From positions 35,281-99,280 of the forward strand of contig JBJOKS010000024.1 of the NCBI GenBank assembly GCA_046045965.1: a DNA stretch of 64,000 nt, read 5' to 3'. The notes beneath the pieces are model-generated. The model was not told where the DNA came from, did no database searches, and saw only the letters and a program-made list of their open reading frames with translations. The stretch comes from Cyanobacteriota bacterium. Its GTDB lineage: Bacteria > Cyanobacteriota > Cyanobacteriia > Cyanobacteriales > Nostocaceae. Shown in pieces: positions 23,044-34,853 of this stretch. Position 1 is the first letter of the stretch, and every line of letters starts with the position of its first letter. Made by a program: the position numbers and the translations under genes.

Positions 23044-23271
23044 ATGCCTCTTCCCAAGATTTCAGAAGCCAGAGAATTAAGTGATGAAAAGCTGTCTGAG
23101 GAAATAGTCGCTGTTAAAAGACAACTATTTCAGCTGCGCTTGCAAAAAGCCACTAGACAGCTAGAAAAACCCCATCAGTTCAGACACGCCCGTCATCGTC
23201 TCGCCCAACTGCTGACAGTAGAAGGAGAACGCCAACGGGCCGCAAGTCAATCGACTCAGGAAGAAAAGTAG
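23044..23271 (+). CDS. rpmC: 50S ribosomal protein L29
   Basis: LFQLRLQKATRQLEKPHQF. Confidence 0.98.
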   Translation: MPLPKISEARELSDEKLSEEIVAVKRQLFQLRLQKATRQLEKPHQFRHARHRLAQLLTVEGERQRAASQSTQEEK

Positions 23272-23277
23272 GAGATT

Positions 23278-23529
23278 ATGGCAGTCAAGGAACGAGTTGG
23301 CTTGGTAGTGAGCGATAAAATGCAAAAAACAGTGGTAGTCGCTGTGGAAAACCGCGCTCCTCACCCCAAGTACGGCAAAATCGTAGTTCGAACCCGGCGC
23401 TATAAGGCTCACGATGAAGATAATCACTGCAAAGTGGGCGATCGCGTGCGTATTCAGGAAACTCGACCCCTGAGCAAAACCAAGCGTTGGCAAGTTACAG
23501 AAGTTCTCAACGCTAAAGCTACAACATAA
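23278..23529 (+). CDS. rpsQ: 30S ribosomal protein S17
   Basis: [14 protein letters not shown]...[11 protein letters not shown]. Confidence 0.99.
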   Translation: MAVKERVGLVVSDKMQKTVVVAVENRAPHPKYGKIVVRTRRYKAHDEDNHCKVGDRVRIQETRPLSKTKRWQVTEVLNAKATT

Positions 23530-23572
23530 ATAGTTGTTATCAAATTAACAACTCTATCCGGGAGACTAAGTT

Positions 23573-23941
23573 GTGATTCAACCCCAAACTTATCTGAATG
23601 TCGCAGATAATAGCGGTGCCAAAAAACTAATGTGTATCCGCGTATTAGGTGCAGGTAATCGCCGCTACGGTGGTGTAGGCGATAAAATTATCGCTGTTGT
23701 TAAAGAGTCAAATCCCAACATGGCTGTAAAAAAGTCTGATGTTGTGGAAGCTGTAATTGTCCGCACCAGGAAAAGTATTAATCGTGACAGTGGCATGAGC
23801 ATTCGTTTTGATGATAATGCCGCAGTCATCATCAACAAAGATGGTAATCCCAGAGGTACACGGGTGTTTGGACCTGTAGCACGGGAATTACGCGATAAAA
23901 ACTTTACCAAAATAGTTTCTCTCGCGCCGGAGGTGCTGTAA
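23573..23941 (+). CDS. rplN: 50S ribosomal protein L14
   Basis: VADNSGAK...IRFDDNAAV...SLAPEVL. Confidence 0.99.
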   Translation: MIQPQTYLNVADNSGAKKLMCIRVLGAGNRRYGGVGDKIIAVVKESNPNMAVKKSDVVEAVIVRTRKSINRDSGMSIRFDDNAAVIINKDGNPRGTRVFGPVARELRDKNFTKIVSLAPEVL

Positions 23942-24288
23942 TGGCAAAGCCACAACCGAAAGTTTTCCATAAAATGCACGTCAAAACAGGCGACACTGTA
24001 CAAGTGATAGCTGGTAAAGACAAGGGTAAAGTTGGTGAAGTAATTAAAGCATTACCACAACTGAGCAAAGTCCTTGTCAAAGGTGTGAATATGAAAACAA
24101 AGCACGTTAAACCTCAGCAAGAAGGGGAGTCTGGGCAGATAGTTACCCAAGAGTATCCCATTCATAGCTCTAACGTCATGCTCTATTCCACCAAGCAAAA
24201 CGTCGCTAGTCGAGTCTGCTACACTTTCACCGCTGAAGGCAAGAAAGTGAGAATGCTCAAAAAAACAGGCGAGATACTCAACAATTAA
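23941..24288 (+). CDS. rplX: 50S ribosomal protein L24
   Basis: [18 protein letters not shown]. Confidence 0.99.
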   Translation: MAKPQPKVFHKMHVKTGDTVQVIAGKDKGKVGEVIKALPQLSKVLVKGVNMKTKHVKPQQEGESGQIVTQEYPIHSSNVMLYSTKQNVASRVCYTFTAEGKKVRMLKKTGEILNN

Positions 24289-24404
24289 AAATTAAAAATT
24301 AAAAATTAAAAATTAACATTTCCACTTTTTAATTTTTAATTCTGAATTTTTAATTGGAGCAAAGCGACCCTGACCAAGCCCAGGGATAATAAGGACAAAT
24401 TACT

Positions 24405-24953
24405 ATGGCGACAACCAGACTCAAAAATTTATACCAAGAGACAATTGTCCCCAAACTAACCCAACAGTTTCAATACACCAACGTACATCAAGTACCTAAA
24501 TTGGTGAAAATTACTGTTAACAGGGGTTTGGGAGAAGCTGCTCAAAATGCTAAAGCATTAGAAGCATCTTTAAACGAAATTGCAGTGATCACTGGTCAAA
24601 AACCAGTAGTGACAAGGGCAAAAAAAGCGATCGCTGGCTTTAAAATTCGTCAAGGTATGCCTGTTGGCATTATGGTGACTCTCAGGGGCGAACGGATGTA
24701 CGCCTTTCTCGACCGACTGGTTAGCCTAGCATTACCTAGAATCCGCGACTTTCGCGGTATTAGCCCCAAAAGCTTTGACGGACGGGGTAACTATACTCTA
24801 GGTGTAAGAGAACAGCTAATTTTTCCAGAAGTCGAGTACGACAGCATCGATCAAATCCGTGGTCTAGATATTTCTATCATCACCACAGCGAAAAACGACG
24901 AAGAAGGGCGTGCTTTACTCAAAGAAATGGGAATGCCCTTTCGCGATCAATAA
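24405..24953 (+). CDS. rplE: 50S ribosomal protein L5
   Basis: [30 protein letters not shown]. Confidence 0.99.
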   Translation: MATTRLKNLYQETIVPKLTQQFQYTNVHQVPKLVKITVNRGLGEAAQNAKALEASLNEIAVITGQKPVVTRAKKAIAGFKIRQGMPVGIMVTLRGERMYAFLDRLVSLALPRIRDFRGISPKSFDGRGNYTLGVREQLIFPEVEYDSIDQIRGLDISIITTAKNDEEGRALLKEMGMPFRDQ

Positions 24954-24973
24954 GTTCATCTAAAGAGGGAACG

Positions 24974-25375
24974 ATGGCGGCTAACGACACAATTGCAGAT
25001 ATGCTGACGCGCATCCGCAATGCTAACCTGGCAAGGCATCAAACTACACTAGTGCCAGCCACAAAAATGACTCGTAGTATTGCCAAAGTACTACAGCAAG
25101 AAGGCTTTATTGCTGAAATTGCGGAATCAGGAGAAGGGATAAAGCGTAACCTAGTAATTTCATTGAAATACAAAGGTAAAAATCGTCAACCCCTAATCAC
25201 AGCCTTGAAGCGAGTGAGTAAACCAGGTCTGCGCGTTTACTCCAATAGAAAAGAATTACCCAGAGTATTAGGTGGTATCGGTATCGCCGTTATTTCTACA
25301 TCCAGTGGGATTATGACTGACCGCGAAGCGCGTCGTCAGAACTTGGGTGGTGAAGTGCTTTGCTACGTTTGGTAG
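24974..25375 (+). CDS. rpsH: 30S ribosomal protein S8
   Basis: [30 protein letters not shown]. Confidence 0.99.
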   Translation: MAANDTIADMLTRIRNANLARHQTTLVPATKMTRSIAKVLQQEGFIAEIAESGEGIKRNLVISLKYKGKNRQPLITALKRVSKPGLRVYSNRKELPRVLGGIGIAVISTSSGIMTDREARRQNLGGEVLCYVW

Positions 25376-25473
25376 TCGTCAATAGTCAACAGTCAGTTCC
25401 ACCTAAAACTGACAACTGACAACTGACAACTGACAACTGACAACTGACAAAGGACAAAGGACAAAATTAAGTC

Positions 25474-26022
25474 ATGTCTCGTATTGGTAAACGTCCAATT
25501 ACTGTTCCCGCCAAAGTACAAGTGGCGATTGATGGCACAAAGGTAGTAGTCAAAGGTCCTAAAGGAGAACTTTCTCGCGAACTACCTGCTCATGTCATCG
25601 TTTCTCAAGAAGGGGAAACATTGCTGGTAACTCGTCGGGATGAAACCCGTACATCAAGGCAAATGCACGGTTTAAGCCGTACCTTGGTTGCCAACATGGT
25701 CGAAGGAGTTTCCCAGGGTTTTCAACGTCGCTTGGAAATTCAAGGGGTAGGTTATCGCGCCCAAGTTCAAGGACGTAACCTAGTGTTGAACATCGGTTAT
25801 AGCCATCAGGTACAAATTGAGCCACCAGAGGGAATTCAGTTTGCTGTAGAAAATAACACTAATGTTATCGTTAGTGGCTATGACAAGGAAATTGTAGGTA
25901 ACACAGCAGCTAAAATCCGTGCCGTTCGTCCACCAGAACCATACAAAGGTAAAGGCATTCGCTATGCCGGTGAAGTGGTCAGACGCAAAGCTGGTAAGAC
26001 TGGTAAGGGTGGTAAGAAGTAA
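25474..26022 (+). CDS. rplF: 50S ribosomal protein L6
   Basis: [22 protein letters not shown]. Confidence 0.99.
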   Translation: MSRIGKRPITVPAKVQVAIDGTKVVVKGPKGELSRELPAHVIVSQEGETLLVTRRDETRTSRQMHGLSRTLVANMVEGVSQGFQRRLEIQGVGYRAQVQGRNLVLNIGYSHQVQIEPPEGIQFAVENNTNVIVSGYDKEIVGNTAAKIRAVRPPEPYKGKGIRYAGEVVRRKAGKTGKGGKK

Positions 26023-26024
26023 AC

Positions 26025-26387
26025 ATGAAACTTACTCGTAGAGAATCAAAACAGCGTCGTCATCGGCGCGTGCGTGGTAAAGTCAGCGGTTCCCCAGAAC
26101 GCCCACGCCTAGCTGTATTTCGCTCCAATGAGCATATTTATGCTCAATTGATTGATGATACACAGCATCAAACCATCGTAGCTGCATCAACCGTAGAACC
26201 AGAGTTGAAATCTAACTTAGCTTCTGGAGCTAACTGTGATGCCTCAGCGCAAGTTGGTAAGTTAATAGCAATGCGTTCATTAGAAAAAGGCATCACCAAA
26301 GTCGTTTTTGATCGCGGTGGCAACCTCTATCATGGTCGCATCAAAGCACTAGCTGAAGCAGCACGCGAAGCTGGTTTAGATTTCTAA
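26025..26387 (+). CDS. rplR: 50S ribosomal protein L18
   Basis: [27 protein letters not shown]. Confidence 0.99.
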   Translation: MKLTRRESKQRRHRRVRGKVSGSPERPRLAVFRSNEHIYAQLIDDTQHQTIVAASTVEPELKSNLASGANCDASAQVGKLIAMRSLEKGITKVVFDRGGNLYHGRIKALAEAAREAGLDF

Positions 26388-26478
26388 AGTCATCTGTCAG
26401 GGAACAGGGAACAGTAATAACTGACAACTGATAACTGACAACTGACAACTGACAACTAACGTTGAGAGAGCATTGATT

Positions 26479-27003
26479 ATGGCAACGGGTCGTCGTAAAG
26501 CAAACAAAGCAAAAAAAGAAGAAACCAACTGGCAAGAGCGGGTAATTCAAATCCGCCGTGTTAGTAAGGTGGTAAAAGGTGGTAAAAAACTCAGCTTCCG
26601 GGCAATTGTAGTCGTTGGTAACGAACGCGGCCAAGTTGGTGTGGGAGTGGGTAAAGCTTCTGATGTCATTGGTGCTGTGAAAAAAGGTGTCGCCGATGGT
26701 AAAAAACATCTGATTGACATTCCTATTACCAAATCTAATTCTATCCCCCATCCCATTGATGGTATCGGTGGAGGAGCTAAGGTCATGATGCGTCCAGCAG
26801 CACCTGGTACAGGGGTAATCGCCGGTGGTGCAGTACGGACTGTCTTAGAGTTGGCTGGAGTACGTAACGTTCTCGCCAAACAATTAGGCTCTAATAATCC
26901 TCTGAATAATGCTAGAGCCGCTGTTAATGCTCTATCTACACTGCGGACATTTGCAGAAGTCGCTGAAGATCGGGGCATTGCCATCGAGAATCTCTATATT
27001 TAG
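26479..27003 (+). CDS. rpsE: 30S ribosomal protein S5
   Basis: [26 protein letters not shown]. Confidence 0.99.
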   Translation: MATGRRKANKAKKEETNWQERVIQIRRVSKVVKGGKKLSFRAIVVVGNERGQVGVGVGKASDVIGAVKKGVADGKKHLIDIPITKSNSIPHPIDGIGGGAKVMMRPAAPGTGVIAGGAVRTVLELAGVRNVLAKQLGSNNPLNNARAAVNALSTLRTFAEVAEDRGIAIENLYI

Positions 27004-27085
27004 TAACGCTTTGCTCTTGGATTTTGATCGAAAATCCACAAGCAACACGAGATTATCAATCCCAAATCTAAAATCCCAAATCAAA

Positions 27086-27532
27086 ATGAGACTCAACGAT
27101 GTTAAGCCCCAAAAAGGCTCAAAAAAACGCCGTAAACGTGTAGGTAGAGGTATTTCTGCCGGTCAAGGCGCTAGTGCAGGTCTGGGTATGCGGGGTCAAA
27201 AATCTCGCTCTGGTAGCAGCACCAGACCAGGATTTGAAGGTGGTCAACAGCCATTGTACCGCCGTATACCCAAGCTCAAGGGCTTCCCCGTCGTTAATCG
27301 TAAAAATTACACTACGATAAATGTAGAGAAGTTGGCCTCCCTTCCTGCTGATTCAGAAGTAACTTTGGCTTCTTTAAAAGAAGCTGGTATTCTTACATCT
27401 GTTAACGGACCCTTGAAAATATTAGGCAATGGGGAATTGGGTGTTGCGCTCAAAGTGCAAGCAGCAGCTTTCACAGGCCAAGCTCGTAGCAAAATTGAGG
27501 CTGCTGGCGGGAGTTGTCAAGTCTTAGACTGA
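27086..27532 (+). CDS. rplO: 50S ribosomal protein L15
   Basis: True start MRLNDVKP inside ORF 26909-27532; [15 protein letters not shown]. Confidence 0.98.
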   Translation: MRLNDVKPQKGSKKRRKRVGRGISAGQGASAGLGMRGQKSRSGSSTRPGFEGGQQPLYRRIPKLKGFPVVNRKNYTTINVEKLASLPADSEVTLASLKEAGILTSVNGPLKILGNGELGVALKVQAAAFTGQARSKIEAAGGSCQVLD

Positions 27533-27601
27533 GCCAGGACGGAGCATTCCCAGCTAGTCAACTCGCTTCCAGCGCCTGGTTCACTATAAAGGTAGCACTC
27601 T

Positions 27602-28915
27602 ATGATCAGTCGAGACAAAGCCCCAACGGCTCAAGAAACTTTTATGCAGATGGCGCAAGCAGCTGGACTCAGAGGTAGGCTGCTTGTTACGGTCGGTATT
27701 TTAATTTTGGTTCGCCTGGGCATCTTTTTACCAGTACCAGGAATTAATCGCGAGAGATTTGCAGAAGCTATATCCGGCAATAATTCCATCTTCGGTTTAT
27801 TGGATATATTTTCGGGACGGGGACTCTCTACTTTGGGCGTATTCGCCTTGGGGATTTTACCATTTATTAATGCGTCCATTATCATCCAATTGCTGACCGC
27901 TGCTCTCCCATCTTTAGAAAATTTACAGAAAAATGAAGGTGAAGCAGGTCGGCGGAAAATATCGCAAATTACCCGCTATGTGACTGTCGGTTGGGCGATA
28001 GTTCAAAGTGTGGCTTTTTCGGCATTATTCCTACAACAATTTGCCTTGAATCCAGGACCTATCTTTGTAGCAGAAACGGCGATCGCTCTCACTGCTGGTT
28101 CTATGTTCGTCATGTGGGCATCAGAACTGATTACAGAAAGAGGTATTGGTAATGGCGCATCTTTGTTGATTTTTGTCAATATTGTCGCTTCTCTACCCAA
28201 ATCCTTGGGCGATACTATCGACTTGGTGCAAGTTGGTGGAAGAGAAATAGTCGGTCGTGTCATCGTACTCTTACTGGTTTTCCTCGCTACCATTATTGGT
28301 ATTGTGTTTGTTCAGGAAGGAACCCGCCGTATTCCTATTATTTCGGCACGTCGTCAAGTTGGTCGCCGCGTTTTGGCAGAACAGCGTAGTTTTCTACCAT
28401 TGCGCCTGAATCAAGGCGGTGTGATGCCTATTATTTTCGCCGCTGCTATTCTCAGTTTGCCACTGCTGATTGCCAACTTCACTAAAAATACTGAATTGGC
28501 CAATATAGTTAACACTTACCTTAGTCCTAGTGGTTCTAGTTCTTGGGTTTATGCTCTGGTATACATGGTTTCCATTATCTTCTTTAGCTACTTCTATTCT
28601 TCGTTGATTCTCAACCCCGTAGATGTGGCACAAAACTTGAAGAAAATGGGTTCTAGTATTCCCAGTATTCGCCCCGGTAAAGCCACCAGTGAGTATATTG
28701 AGCGTGTCAGCAACAGACTGACTTTTTTAGGCGCAGTCTTTTTGGGTTTAGTGGCTATTATCCCCACGGCTGTAGAAAGCACTTTAAACGTGCCAACTTT
28801 TAGAGGTTTGGGTGCTACCTCTTTGTTAATTTTAGTCGGTGTGGCAATTGATACGGCAAGACAAATTCAAACCTACGTTATATCTCAACGCTATGAAGGA
28901 ATGGTGAAACAATAG
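27602..28915 (+). CDS. secY: Preprotein translocase subunit SecY
   Basis: [45 protein letters not shown]. Confidence 0.99.
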   Translation: MISRDKAPTAQETFMQMAQAAGLRGRLLVTVGILILVRLGIFLPVPGINRERFAEAISGNNSIFGLLDIFSGRGLSTLGVFALGILPFINASIIIQLLTAALPSLENLQKNEGEAGRRKISQITRYVTVGWAIVQSVAFSALFLQQFALNPGPIFVAETAIALTAGSMFVMWASELITERGIGNGASLLIFVNIVASLPKSLGDTIDLVQVGGREIVGRVIVLLLVFLATIIGIVFVQEGTRRIPIISARRQVGRRVLAEQRSFLPLRLNQGGVMPIIFAAAILSLPLLIANFTKNTELANIVNTYLSPSGSSSWVYALVYMVSIIFFSYFYSSLILNPVDVAQNLKKMGSSIPSIRPGKATSEYIERVSNRLTFLGAVFLGLVAIIPTAVESTLNVPTFRGLGATSLLILVGVAIDTARQIQTYVISQRYEGMVKQ

Positions 28916-29469
28916 TGACGCGATTAATCTTCTTGGGACCACCAGGTGCTGGTAAAGGAACTCAGTCCAAAATTTTGGCTGATTTTTTGAATATTCCCCA
29001 TATTTCTACTGGTGACATTTTACGGCAAGCCATTCAAGACCAAACTACTTTGGGTATAAAAGCCCAAAGCTATATGGATCAGGGTGAGTTAGTTCCTGAT
29101 CAACTTGTGGAAGATTTGGTTAAAGATCGTCTTCAGCAAGCAGATACTAAAAACGGTTGGATTCTTGATGGCTTTCCCCGGAAAGTAACCCAGGCGGTAT
29201 TTTTGGAGGAATTACTCGCACAAACAGGACAGGGTGGCGAAAAAGCAGTCAACTTGGATGCACCAGATGAAATAGTGATCACTCGGTTACTGGGACGCGG
29301 ACGAAAAGACGATAGTGAAGAAGTGATTCGTCGTCGTTTGGAAGTGTACCGCGATGAAACTGCTCCCTTGATTGATTATTATAGCGATCGCCAAAAACTT
29401 TTGACTGTTAACGGTAATCAGTCCCCAGAAGAGGTAACAACCGAATTACAGAACGTTATAGCTGCTTAA
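28915..29469 (+). CDS. adk: Adenylate kinase (short LID)
   Basis: [25 protein letters not shown]. Confidence 0.98.
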   Translation: MTRLIFLGPPGAGKGTQSKILADFLNIPHISTGDILRQAIQDQTTLGIKAQSYMDQGELVPDQLVEDLVKDRLQQADTKNGWILDGFPRKVTQAVFLEELLAQTGQGGEKAVNLDAPDEIVITRLLGRGRKDDSEEVIRRRLEVYRDETAPLIDYYSDRQKLLTVNGNQSPEEVTTELQNVIAA

Positions 29470-29686
29470 GGGGAAATTCGGGGGCATCATAGGAGCATAG
29501 AAGATCAGGCAAGCCAGACAAGAAATAATTAAGTGCCTTTTCTTAGCCCTAATCCCCAATCCCCAATCCCCAGTCCCTTTTAGCTAAGATATATTAATAA
29601 ACTGTTGATATATTTCGCAAGTTGTGTCTTCGTACCGATTGCATCTGTGGCAACGGAACAGGAAATTGTTGAGTTGAGGAAAAAAC

Positions 29687-29911
29687 TTGTCTAAACAAGA
29701 TTTGATTGAAATGGAAGGCACTGTCACCGAATCATTGCCCAATGCAATGTTTCGTGTAGACTTGGACAACGGGTTTAATGTCCTAGCACACATTTCCGGC
29801 AAAATTCGCCGTAATTACATCAAAATTTTACCTGGCGATCGCGTCAAAGTGGAGTTAACTCCTTATGACCTGACAAAAGGCAGAATCACCTATCGACTAC
29901 GGAAAAAGTAA
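29687..29911 (+). CDS. infA: Translation initiation factor IF-1
   Basis: [10 protein letters not shown]...HISGKIR...[12 protein letters not shown] start after GAGG. Confidence 0.98.
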
Positions 29912-30028
29912 ACATAATGTAGAGAATCTTACCATAAAGCAGCTTTTTTGAGATTTACCTATTTAGTTAACTGAAATAATTTCTCTAGAAATGCTATAAT
30001 TTACTATTTGGAGTCAATTAGAAAAGGC

Positions 30029-30142
30029 ATGAAAGTCAGAGCCTCAGTCAAAAAAATCTGTGAAAAGTGTAACGTGATCAAACGCCGTGGTCGCGTCATG
30101 GTGATTTGTGAAAACCCTAAACACAAGCAACGTCAAGGATAA
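30029..30142 (+). CDS. rpmJ: 50S ribosomal protein L36 (Zn-ribbon C+ form)
   Basis: Manual translation [37 protein letters not shown]; below the ORF track cutoff. Confidence 0.98.
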   Translation: MKVRASVKKICEKCNVIKRRGRVMVICENPKHKQRQG

Positions 30143-30253
30143 AACTCTGATCACCAGCGCCTAGTGTGGTCTAAAATCACCATCAAAACCAAAGGACGTG
30201 ATTAATCACCTTTTGGCAACTGCGATTAAGAACAAAAGAGGGAGATATTCATT

Positions 30254-30634
30254 GTGGCACGGATTTCGGGAGTAGACCTTCCCCGCGATAAGCGCGTTGA
30301 GATTGGTCTGACCTATATTTACGGAATTGGGTTATCAAGGTCGCAGAAAATCCTAGCGGCTACCGGTGTGAACCCAGACACCCGCGTGAAAGACTTAAGT
30401 GATGCTGATGTAGCAGCCCTGAGAGCCGAAATAGAAAGCAACTATCAAGTTGAAGGTGACTTACGGCGTTTAGAGGGCATGAACATCAAGCGCCTAGTTG
30501 ATATTGGCTGTTATCGAGGCCGTCGTCACCGCATGGGCTTACCCGTGAGAGGACAAAGAACCCGCACCAACGCCAGAACCCGACGCGGCAGAAGACAGAC
30601 AGTGGCTGGGAAGAAGAAAGCCCCTGGCAAATAA
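30254..30634 (+). CDS. rpsM: 30S ribosomal protein S13
   Basis: [26 protein letters not shown]. Confidence 0.99.
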   Translation: MARISGVDLPRDKRVEIGLTYIYGIGLSRSQKILAATGVNPDTRVKDLSDADVAALRAEIESNYQVEGDLRRLEGMNIKRLVDIGCYRGRRHRMGLPVRGQRTRTNARTRRGRRQTVAGKKKAPGK

Positions 30635-30688
30635 TTTTTCTTGGCTTGCTGATCCAAGCCAGTTTTACCTTAAATTCATTCAACAAAT

Positions 30689-31084
30689 ATGGCAAGACAA
30701 CCAACCAAAAAATCCGGGAGCAAGAAGCAGAAACGGAACGTACCCAACGGCATGGCCTACATTCAGTCTACTTTCAACAATAGCATTATCACCATTACTG
30801 ATCAAAATGGAGATGTCATCTCCTGGGCAAGTGCTGGTTCTAGTGGATTTAAGGGGGCAAAAAAGGGAACACCCTTCGCAGCACAAACCGCAGCTGAAAG
30901 CGCAGGACGTAGAGCTATCGATCAAGGGATGCGTCAAATAGAAGTCATGGTCAGCGGACCTGGAGCCGGTAGAGAAACTGCTATCCGGGCGCTGCAAGGA
31001 GCAGGACTGGAAATTACGCTGATTCGGGATATTACCCCCATTCCTCACAATGGCTGCCGTCCACCCAAGCGCCGTCGAGTTTAA
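30689..31084 (+). CDS. rpsK: 30S ribosomal protein S11
   Basis: [26 protein letters not shown]. Confidence 0.99.
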   Translation: MARQPTKKSGSKKQKRNVPNGMAYIQSTFNNSIITITDQNGDVISWASAGSSGFKGAKKGTPFAAQTAAESAGRRAIDQGMRQIEVMVSGPGAGRETAIRALQGAGLEITLIRDITPIPHNGCRPPKRRRV

Positions 31085-31425
31085 ACGTCAACCCTAAGCT
31101 CGCTCAGGCGGGAAGTTAATGCTAAGGGAAATCACCTACAAAGACATCTGAAGCTGATAGAGTATCAACTGCTTGAGTAGAGTGCTTGTCCACTTCAGAT
31201 CTATTCGGTGACTAGGAAGCTCATCAGCTCTTCCTAAAGGGAGGGCTGCTAAACTTTCGACAATCCAAAATATAATCAGTGCCTGCGGGTTGAATTGGCA
31301 GATCAAACTCTAGCCCCCCTTAGATGTTGGCAGTTTGATCCACCACAGCCACAGATCAGAGCATAAAGTGAATTCGAGAGGCAAATCAATGCCTGCTAGC
31401 AGCACCTTAAAAGGGAGGCTACTCC

Positions 31426-32370
31426 GTGGCGCAGTTTCAAATTGAATGTGTAGAGTCTAATACAGAAGAAAGCCGGAGCCATTACAGTAAATTTGTTCTG
31501 GAACCACTAGAACGTGGTCAAGGAACAACAGTAGGCAACGCGTTGCGGCGGGTTTTACTTTCCAATCTAGAGGGAACAGCAGTTACAGCAGTACGGATAG
31601 CTGGGGTTTCTCATGAGTTTGCCACAGTTCCTGGTGTCCGGGAAGACGTGCTGGAAATTCTCATGCGAATGAAAGAAGTTATCCTCAAAAGCTATTCCTC
31701 TCAACCCCAAATTGGTCGGTTACTCGTTAACGGTCCTGCAATAATCACAGCGGCACATTTTGATTTGCCCAGTGAAGTAGAAGTGATCGATCCAACGCAG
31801 TATGTCGCTACCATCGCCGAAGGTGGCAAACTGGAAATGGAATTTCGGATCGAGAGAGGTAAAGGCTATCGCACTGTAGAGCGTGGAAGGGAAGAAGCTA
31901 CATCTTTGGACTTTCTACAAATTGACTCGGTGTTTATGCCGGTGCGAAAAGTCAACTATAGCGTTGAAGAAGCCCGTGGGGATGGAACTCTCAAAGATCG
32001 ACTGCTGTTAGAAGTTTGGACTAATGGCAGTATTTCCCCTCAAGAAGCACTATCTTCATCAGCAGGAATTTTGGTAGATTTATTCAACCCGTTGAAAGAT
32101 ATCTCTCTGGAACCAACGGATACAGGTTCAGATATTCCAGACGATCCAACTGCTCAGATTCCTATTGAAGAATTGCAGCTTTCTGTCCGGGCATATAATT
32201 GTCTCAAACGAGCGCAAGTTAACTCCGTGGCAGATTTGTTGGATTATACCCAAGAAGACCTCCTAGAAATCAAAAACTTTGGTCAAAAGTCAGCGGAAGA
32301 GGTAGTGGAAGCTTTACAGCGCCGCTTAGGTATTACTTTACCGCCAGAAAGAGGTTCTAAACAAAGTTAA
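31426..32370 (+). CDS. rpoA: RNA polymerase alpha subunit
   Basis: EPLERGQGTTVGNALRRVLLS; LSVRAYNCLK; NFGQKS. Confidence 0.99.
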   Translation: MAQFQIECVESNTEESRSHYSKFVLEPLERGQGTTVGNALRRVLLSNLEGTAVTAVRIAGVSHEFATVPGVREDVLEILMRMKEVILKSYSSQPQIGRLLVNGPAIITAAHFDLPSEVEVIDPTQYVATIAEGGKLEMEFRIERGKGYRTVERGREEATSLDFLQIDSVFMPVRKVNYSVEEARGDGTLKDRLLLEVWTNGSISPQEALSSSAGILVDLFNPLKDISLEPTDTGSDIPDDPTAQIPIEELQLSVRAYNCLKRAQVNSVADLLDYTQEDLLEIKNFGQKSAEEVVEALQRRLGITLPPERGSKQS

Positions 32371-32402
32371 TTCAAGTCCTTAATAATTCATAGTGCATTC
32401 TT

Positions 32403-32753
32403 ATGCGTCACCGTTGTCGAGTCAAAAAACTTGGTAAACCAGCTGACCAGCGTCGCGCTCTGTTGCGATCGCTGACCACCGAGCTAATCCGTCATGGTCG
32501 TATTACCACAACTTTAATCCGCGCTAAAGTATTGCGGAGTGAAGCTGAGAAGATGATCACCTTAGCTAAAGATGGCTCCCTATCCGCACGTCGGGAAGCT
32601 CTGGGCTATATCTACGACAAAACACTAGTTCATGCCTTATTTGAGCAAGCACCTACTCGGTATGCTAACCGCCAAGGTGGTTATACTCGCATTCTGCATA
32701 CCATTCCCCGTCGCGGTGATAATGCAGAAATGGCGATTATTGAATTAGTTTAA
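32403..32753 (+). CDS. rplQ: 50S ribosomal protein L17
   Basis: MRHR...GGYTRI...[14 protein letters not shown]. Confidence 0.99.
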   Translation: MRHRCRVKKLGKPADQRRALLRSLTTELIRHGRITTTLIRAKVLRSEAEKMITLAKDGSLSARREALGYIYDKTLVHALFEQAPTRYANRQGGYTRILHTIPRRGDNAEMAIIELV

Positions 32754-32874
32754 GTTCAAGGGAACAGGGAACAGGGAACAGGGAACAGGAAATAGGGAAG
32801 ATATCAATTAAGCATTATAGAACTATTGCCTATTGCCTATTGCCTTTTGCCTTTTGCCTTTTAGCAAAACCAGT

Positions 32875-33753
32875 ATGTTAGAAAGCCGCCAGCCAACACC
32901 AACTTATCGAGTAGCCTTGGTCATTCAGTATCTAGGTACTAACTTTCATGGCTGGCAACGGCAAAAGGCGCAGCGAACAGTCCAAGAAGAGATAGAAACA
33001 GCTATAGCTACTGTTCTGGGGTATCATGTGACACTCCACGGCGCAGGGCGAACCGATGCCGGAGTTCACGCAGCTGCTCAAGTAGCCCATTTTGATGCGA
33101 CAGGTTTAATTCCCGCGCACAAGTGGGCAAAAGTTCTGAACAGTTATCTACCCCCGGATATATTAATCAGGGCTTCGGCGGTTGTAAATGATCGTTGGCA
33201 CTCTCGCTTTAGTGCAGTGTTTCGACGGTATAGATACACAATCCATACTGAAGCTCTACCAAACTTGTTTGTGAACTCCTTCAGTTGGCATTATTATTAT
33301 GCTCCCTTGGATGAATCTGTAATTGAAGCTGCCCTTAAACCACTGCTGGGAAAACATCATTTAGCGGCTTTTCATCGTGCAGGATCAGCGCGATCGCATT
33401 CCTGGGTAGAAGTACAAGCAGCAGAATGTCATCGAAAAGGTCCATTTATCCATATTGAAATTCAGGCAAATGGATTTTTGTATGGCATGGTGCGGCTGTT
33501 AGTAGGGATGCTGGTAGAAGTAGGTTCTGGAGTGCGATCGCTCGATAATTTCACTGACATCTGGAAACAAGAACGCCGGGAAAAAGTGAAATATGCCGCA
33601 CCACCCCAGGGCCTATGCTTGTTAAGAGTAGGGTATCCAGATTTTCCGTTTCCCCCGGAAATTTGGTACGACACCCTACCATATTTAGTGTTTGGTCATG
33701 ATGGAAAGGTGACAGGTGACAGGGAACAGGGAACAGTGGAGAATAACCACTGA
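32875..33753 (+). CDS. truA: tRNA pseudouridine(38-40) synthase
   Basis: [29 protein letters not shown]; start placed at ATG 32875. Confidence 0.97.
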   Translation: MLESRQPTPTYRVALVIQYLGTNFHGWQRQKAQRTVQEEIETAIATVLGYHVTLHGAGRTDAGVHAAAQVAHFDATGLIPAHKWAKVLNSYLPPDILIRASAVVNDRWHSRFSAVFRRYRYTIHTEALPNLFVNSFSWHYYYAPLDESVIEAALKPLLGKHHLAAFHRAGSARSHSWVEVQAAECHRKGPFIHIEIQANGFLYGMVRLLVGMLVEVGSGVRSLDNFTDIWKQERREKVKYAAPPQGLCLLRVGYPDFPFPPEIWYDTLPYLVFGHDGKVTGDREQGTVENNH

Positions 33754-33817
33754 CAACCAAAGACTGACAACTGACAACCAGCAACTGACCAAGAACAAAA
33801 ACAAAGGAAAAATAACA

Positions 33818-34273
33818 ATGAGTAGTAAAACTTACGTTCCTCCTCAAGCATCCCTTGAGCGAGATTGGTACATAGTAGATGCCACCGATAAACGCCTTGG
33901 CCGACTAGCCAGCGAAATTGCTATGGTTTTAAGAGGCAAAAGAAAAGTCGAATACACACCTCACTTAGACACAGGTGATTTCGTTGTTGTCATCAACGCC
34001 GAAAAAGTGGCAGTTACAGGTAAAAAGCGTACCCAAAAAGTTTACCGTCGCCATTCCGGTCGTCCCGGCGGGATGAAAACAGAAACCTTTGCTAAACTGC
34101 AACAACGCCTACCAGAACGGATTTTAGAACAAGCCGTTAAAGGTATGTTGCCTAAAAATAGCTTGGGTAGGCAATTATTCACAAAATTGAAAGTCTACGC
34201 TGGTCCTACCCATCCTCACGCAGCGCAACAACCAAAAGAACTAATTATTAATACAATTCCTGGAGAAAACTAA
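33818..34273 (+). CDS. rplM: 50S ribosomal protein L13
   Basis: LGRLAS...[18 protein letters not shown]; start placed at ATG 33818. Confidence 0.99.
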   Translation: MSSKTYVPPQASLERDWYIVDATDKRLGRLASEIAMVLRGKRKVEYTPHLDTGDFVVVINAEKVAVTGKKRTQKVYRRHSGRPGGMKTETFAKLQQRLPERILEQAVKGMLPKNSLGRQLFTKLKVYAGPTHPHAAQQPKELIINTIPGEN

Positions 34274-34689
34274 TGCAAGTAGCAGAAGCTAACAGCGGTC
34301 GCGCCGTTTACTGGGGTACTGGCCGTCGTAAATCAGCAGTAGCAAGAGTCCGCCTAGTTCCAGGCGAAGGTAAATTTGTAGTCAACGGCAAAGATGGAGA
34401 ATTATACTTCCAATTCAATGCCAACTACTTAGGAGCCATTAAAGCGCCCTTAGAAACTTTGGGACTAGAAAGCGAATACGACATTTTGGTGAAAGCCGAA
34501 GGTGGTGGTTTGACAGGACAAGCAGATTCCATTCGTTTGGGAGTTGCTCGTGCTTTATGTCAGCTAGACCCTGATAATCGCTCACCTTTGAAAACCGAAG
34601 GCTATTTAACTCGTGACCCACGAGCTAAAGAACGGAAAAAATACGGTTTACACAAAGCCCGGAAAGCTCCTCAATACTCCAAACGGTAA
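34273..34689 (+). CDS. rpsI: 30S ribosomal protein S9
   Basis: [31 protein letters not shown]. Confidence 0.99.
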   Translation: MQVAEANSGRAVYWGTGRRKSAVARVRLVPGEGKFVVNGKDGELYFQFNANYLGAIKAPLETLGLESEYDILVKAEGGGLTGQADSIRLGVARALCQLDPDNRSPLKTEGYLTRDPRAKERKKYGLHKARKAPQYSKR

Positions 34690-34853
34690 GGCAGGAGGCA
34701 GAGAGCAATGCGGTCTTGGGCTTTGCCCAAGTGGAGCAATTGCGGAGAGGCAGGAGACAGGAGTTATTCTCAATTTTCCCCAGTCCCCAGTCCCCAATCC
34801 CCAGTCCCCAATCCTAGTTATAATTCTGATAGAAAAACACCACAAAAGGAACA

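Larger units (their letters stand above)
18841..34815. repeat. STRR heptamer arrays in intergenic spacers of the ribosomal operon
   Basis: TGACAAC (18870-92, 25410-50, 26420-60), AATCCAA (20838-975), GTCATTA (21257-320), GGTGACA/TTACCAA (22508-606), AAAATTA (24283-355), TCCCCAA (29545-78, 34776-812), GGGAACA/TTGCCTA (32759-862). Confidence 0.9.

Noticed and set aside
18205..31428. Many GTG/TTG starts (rplC, rplW, rpsC, rplN, adk, infA, rpsM, rpoA)
   Set aside because: Common in cyanobacterial orthologues
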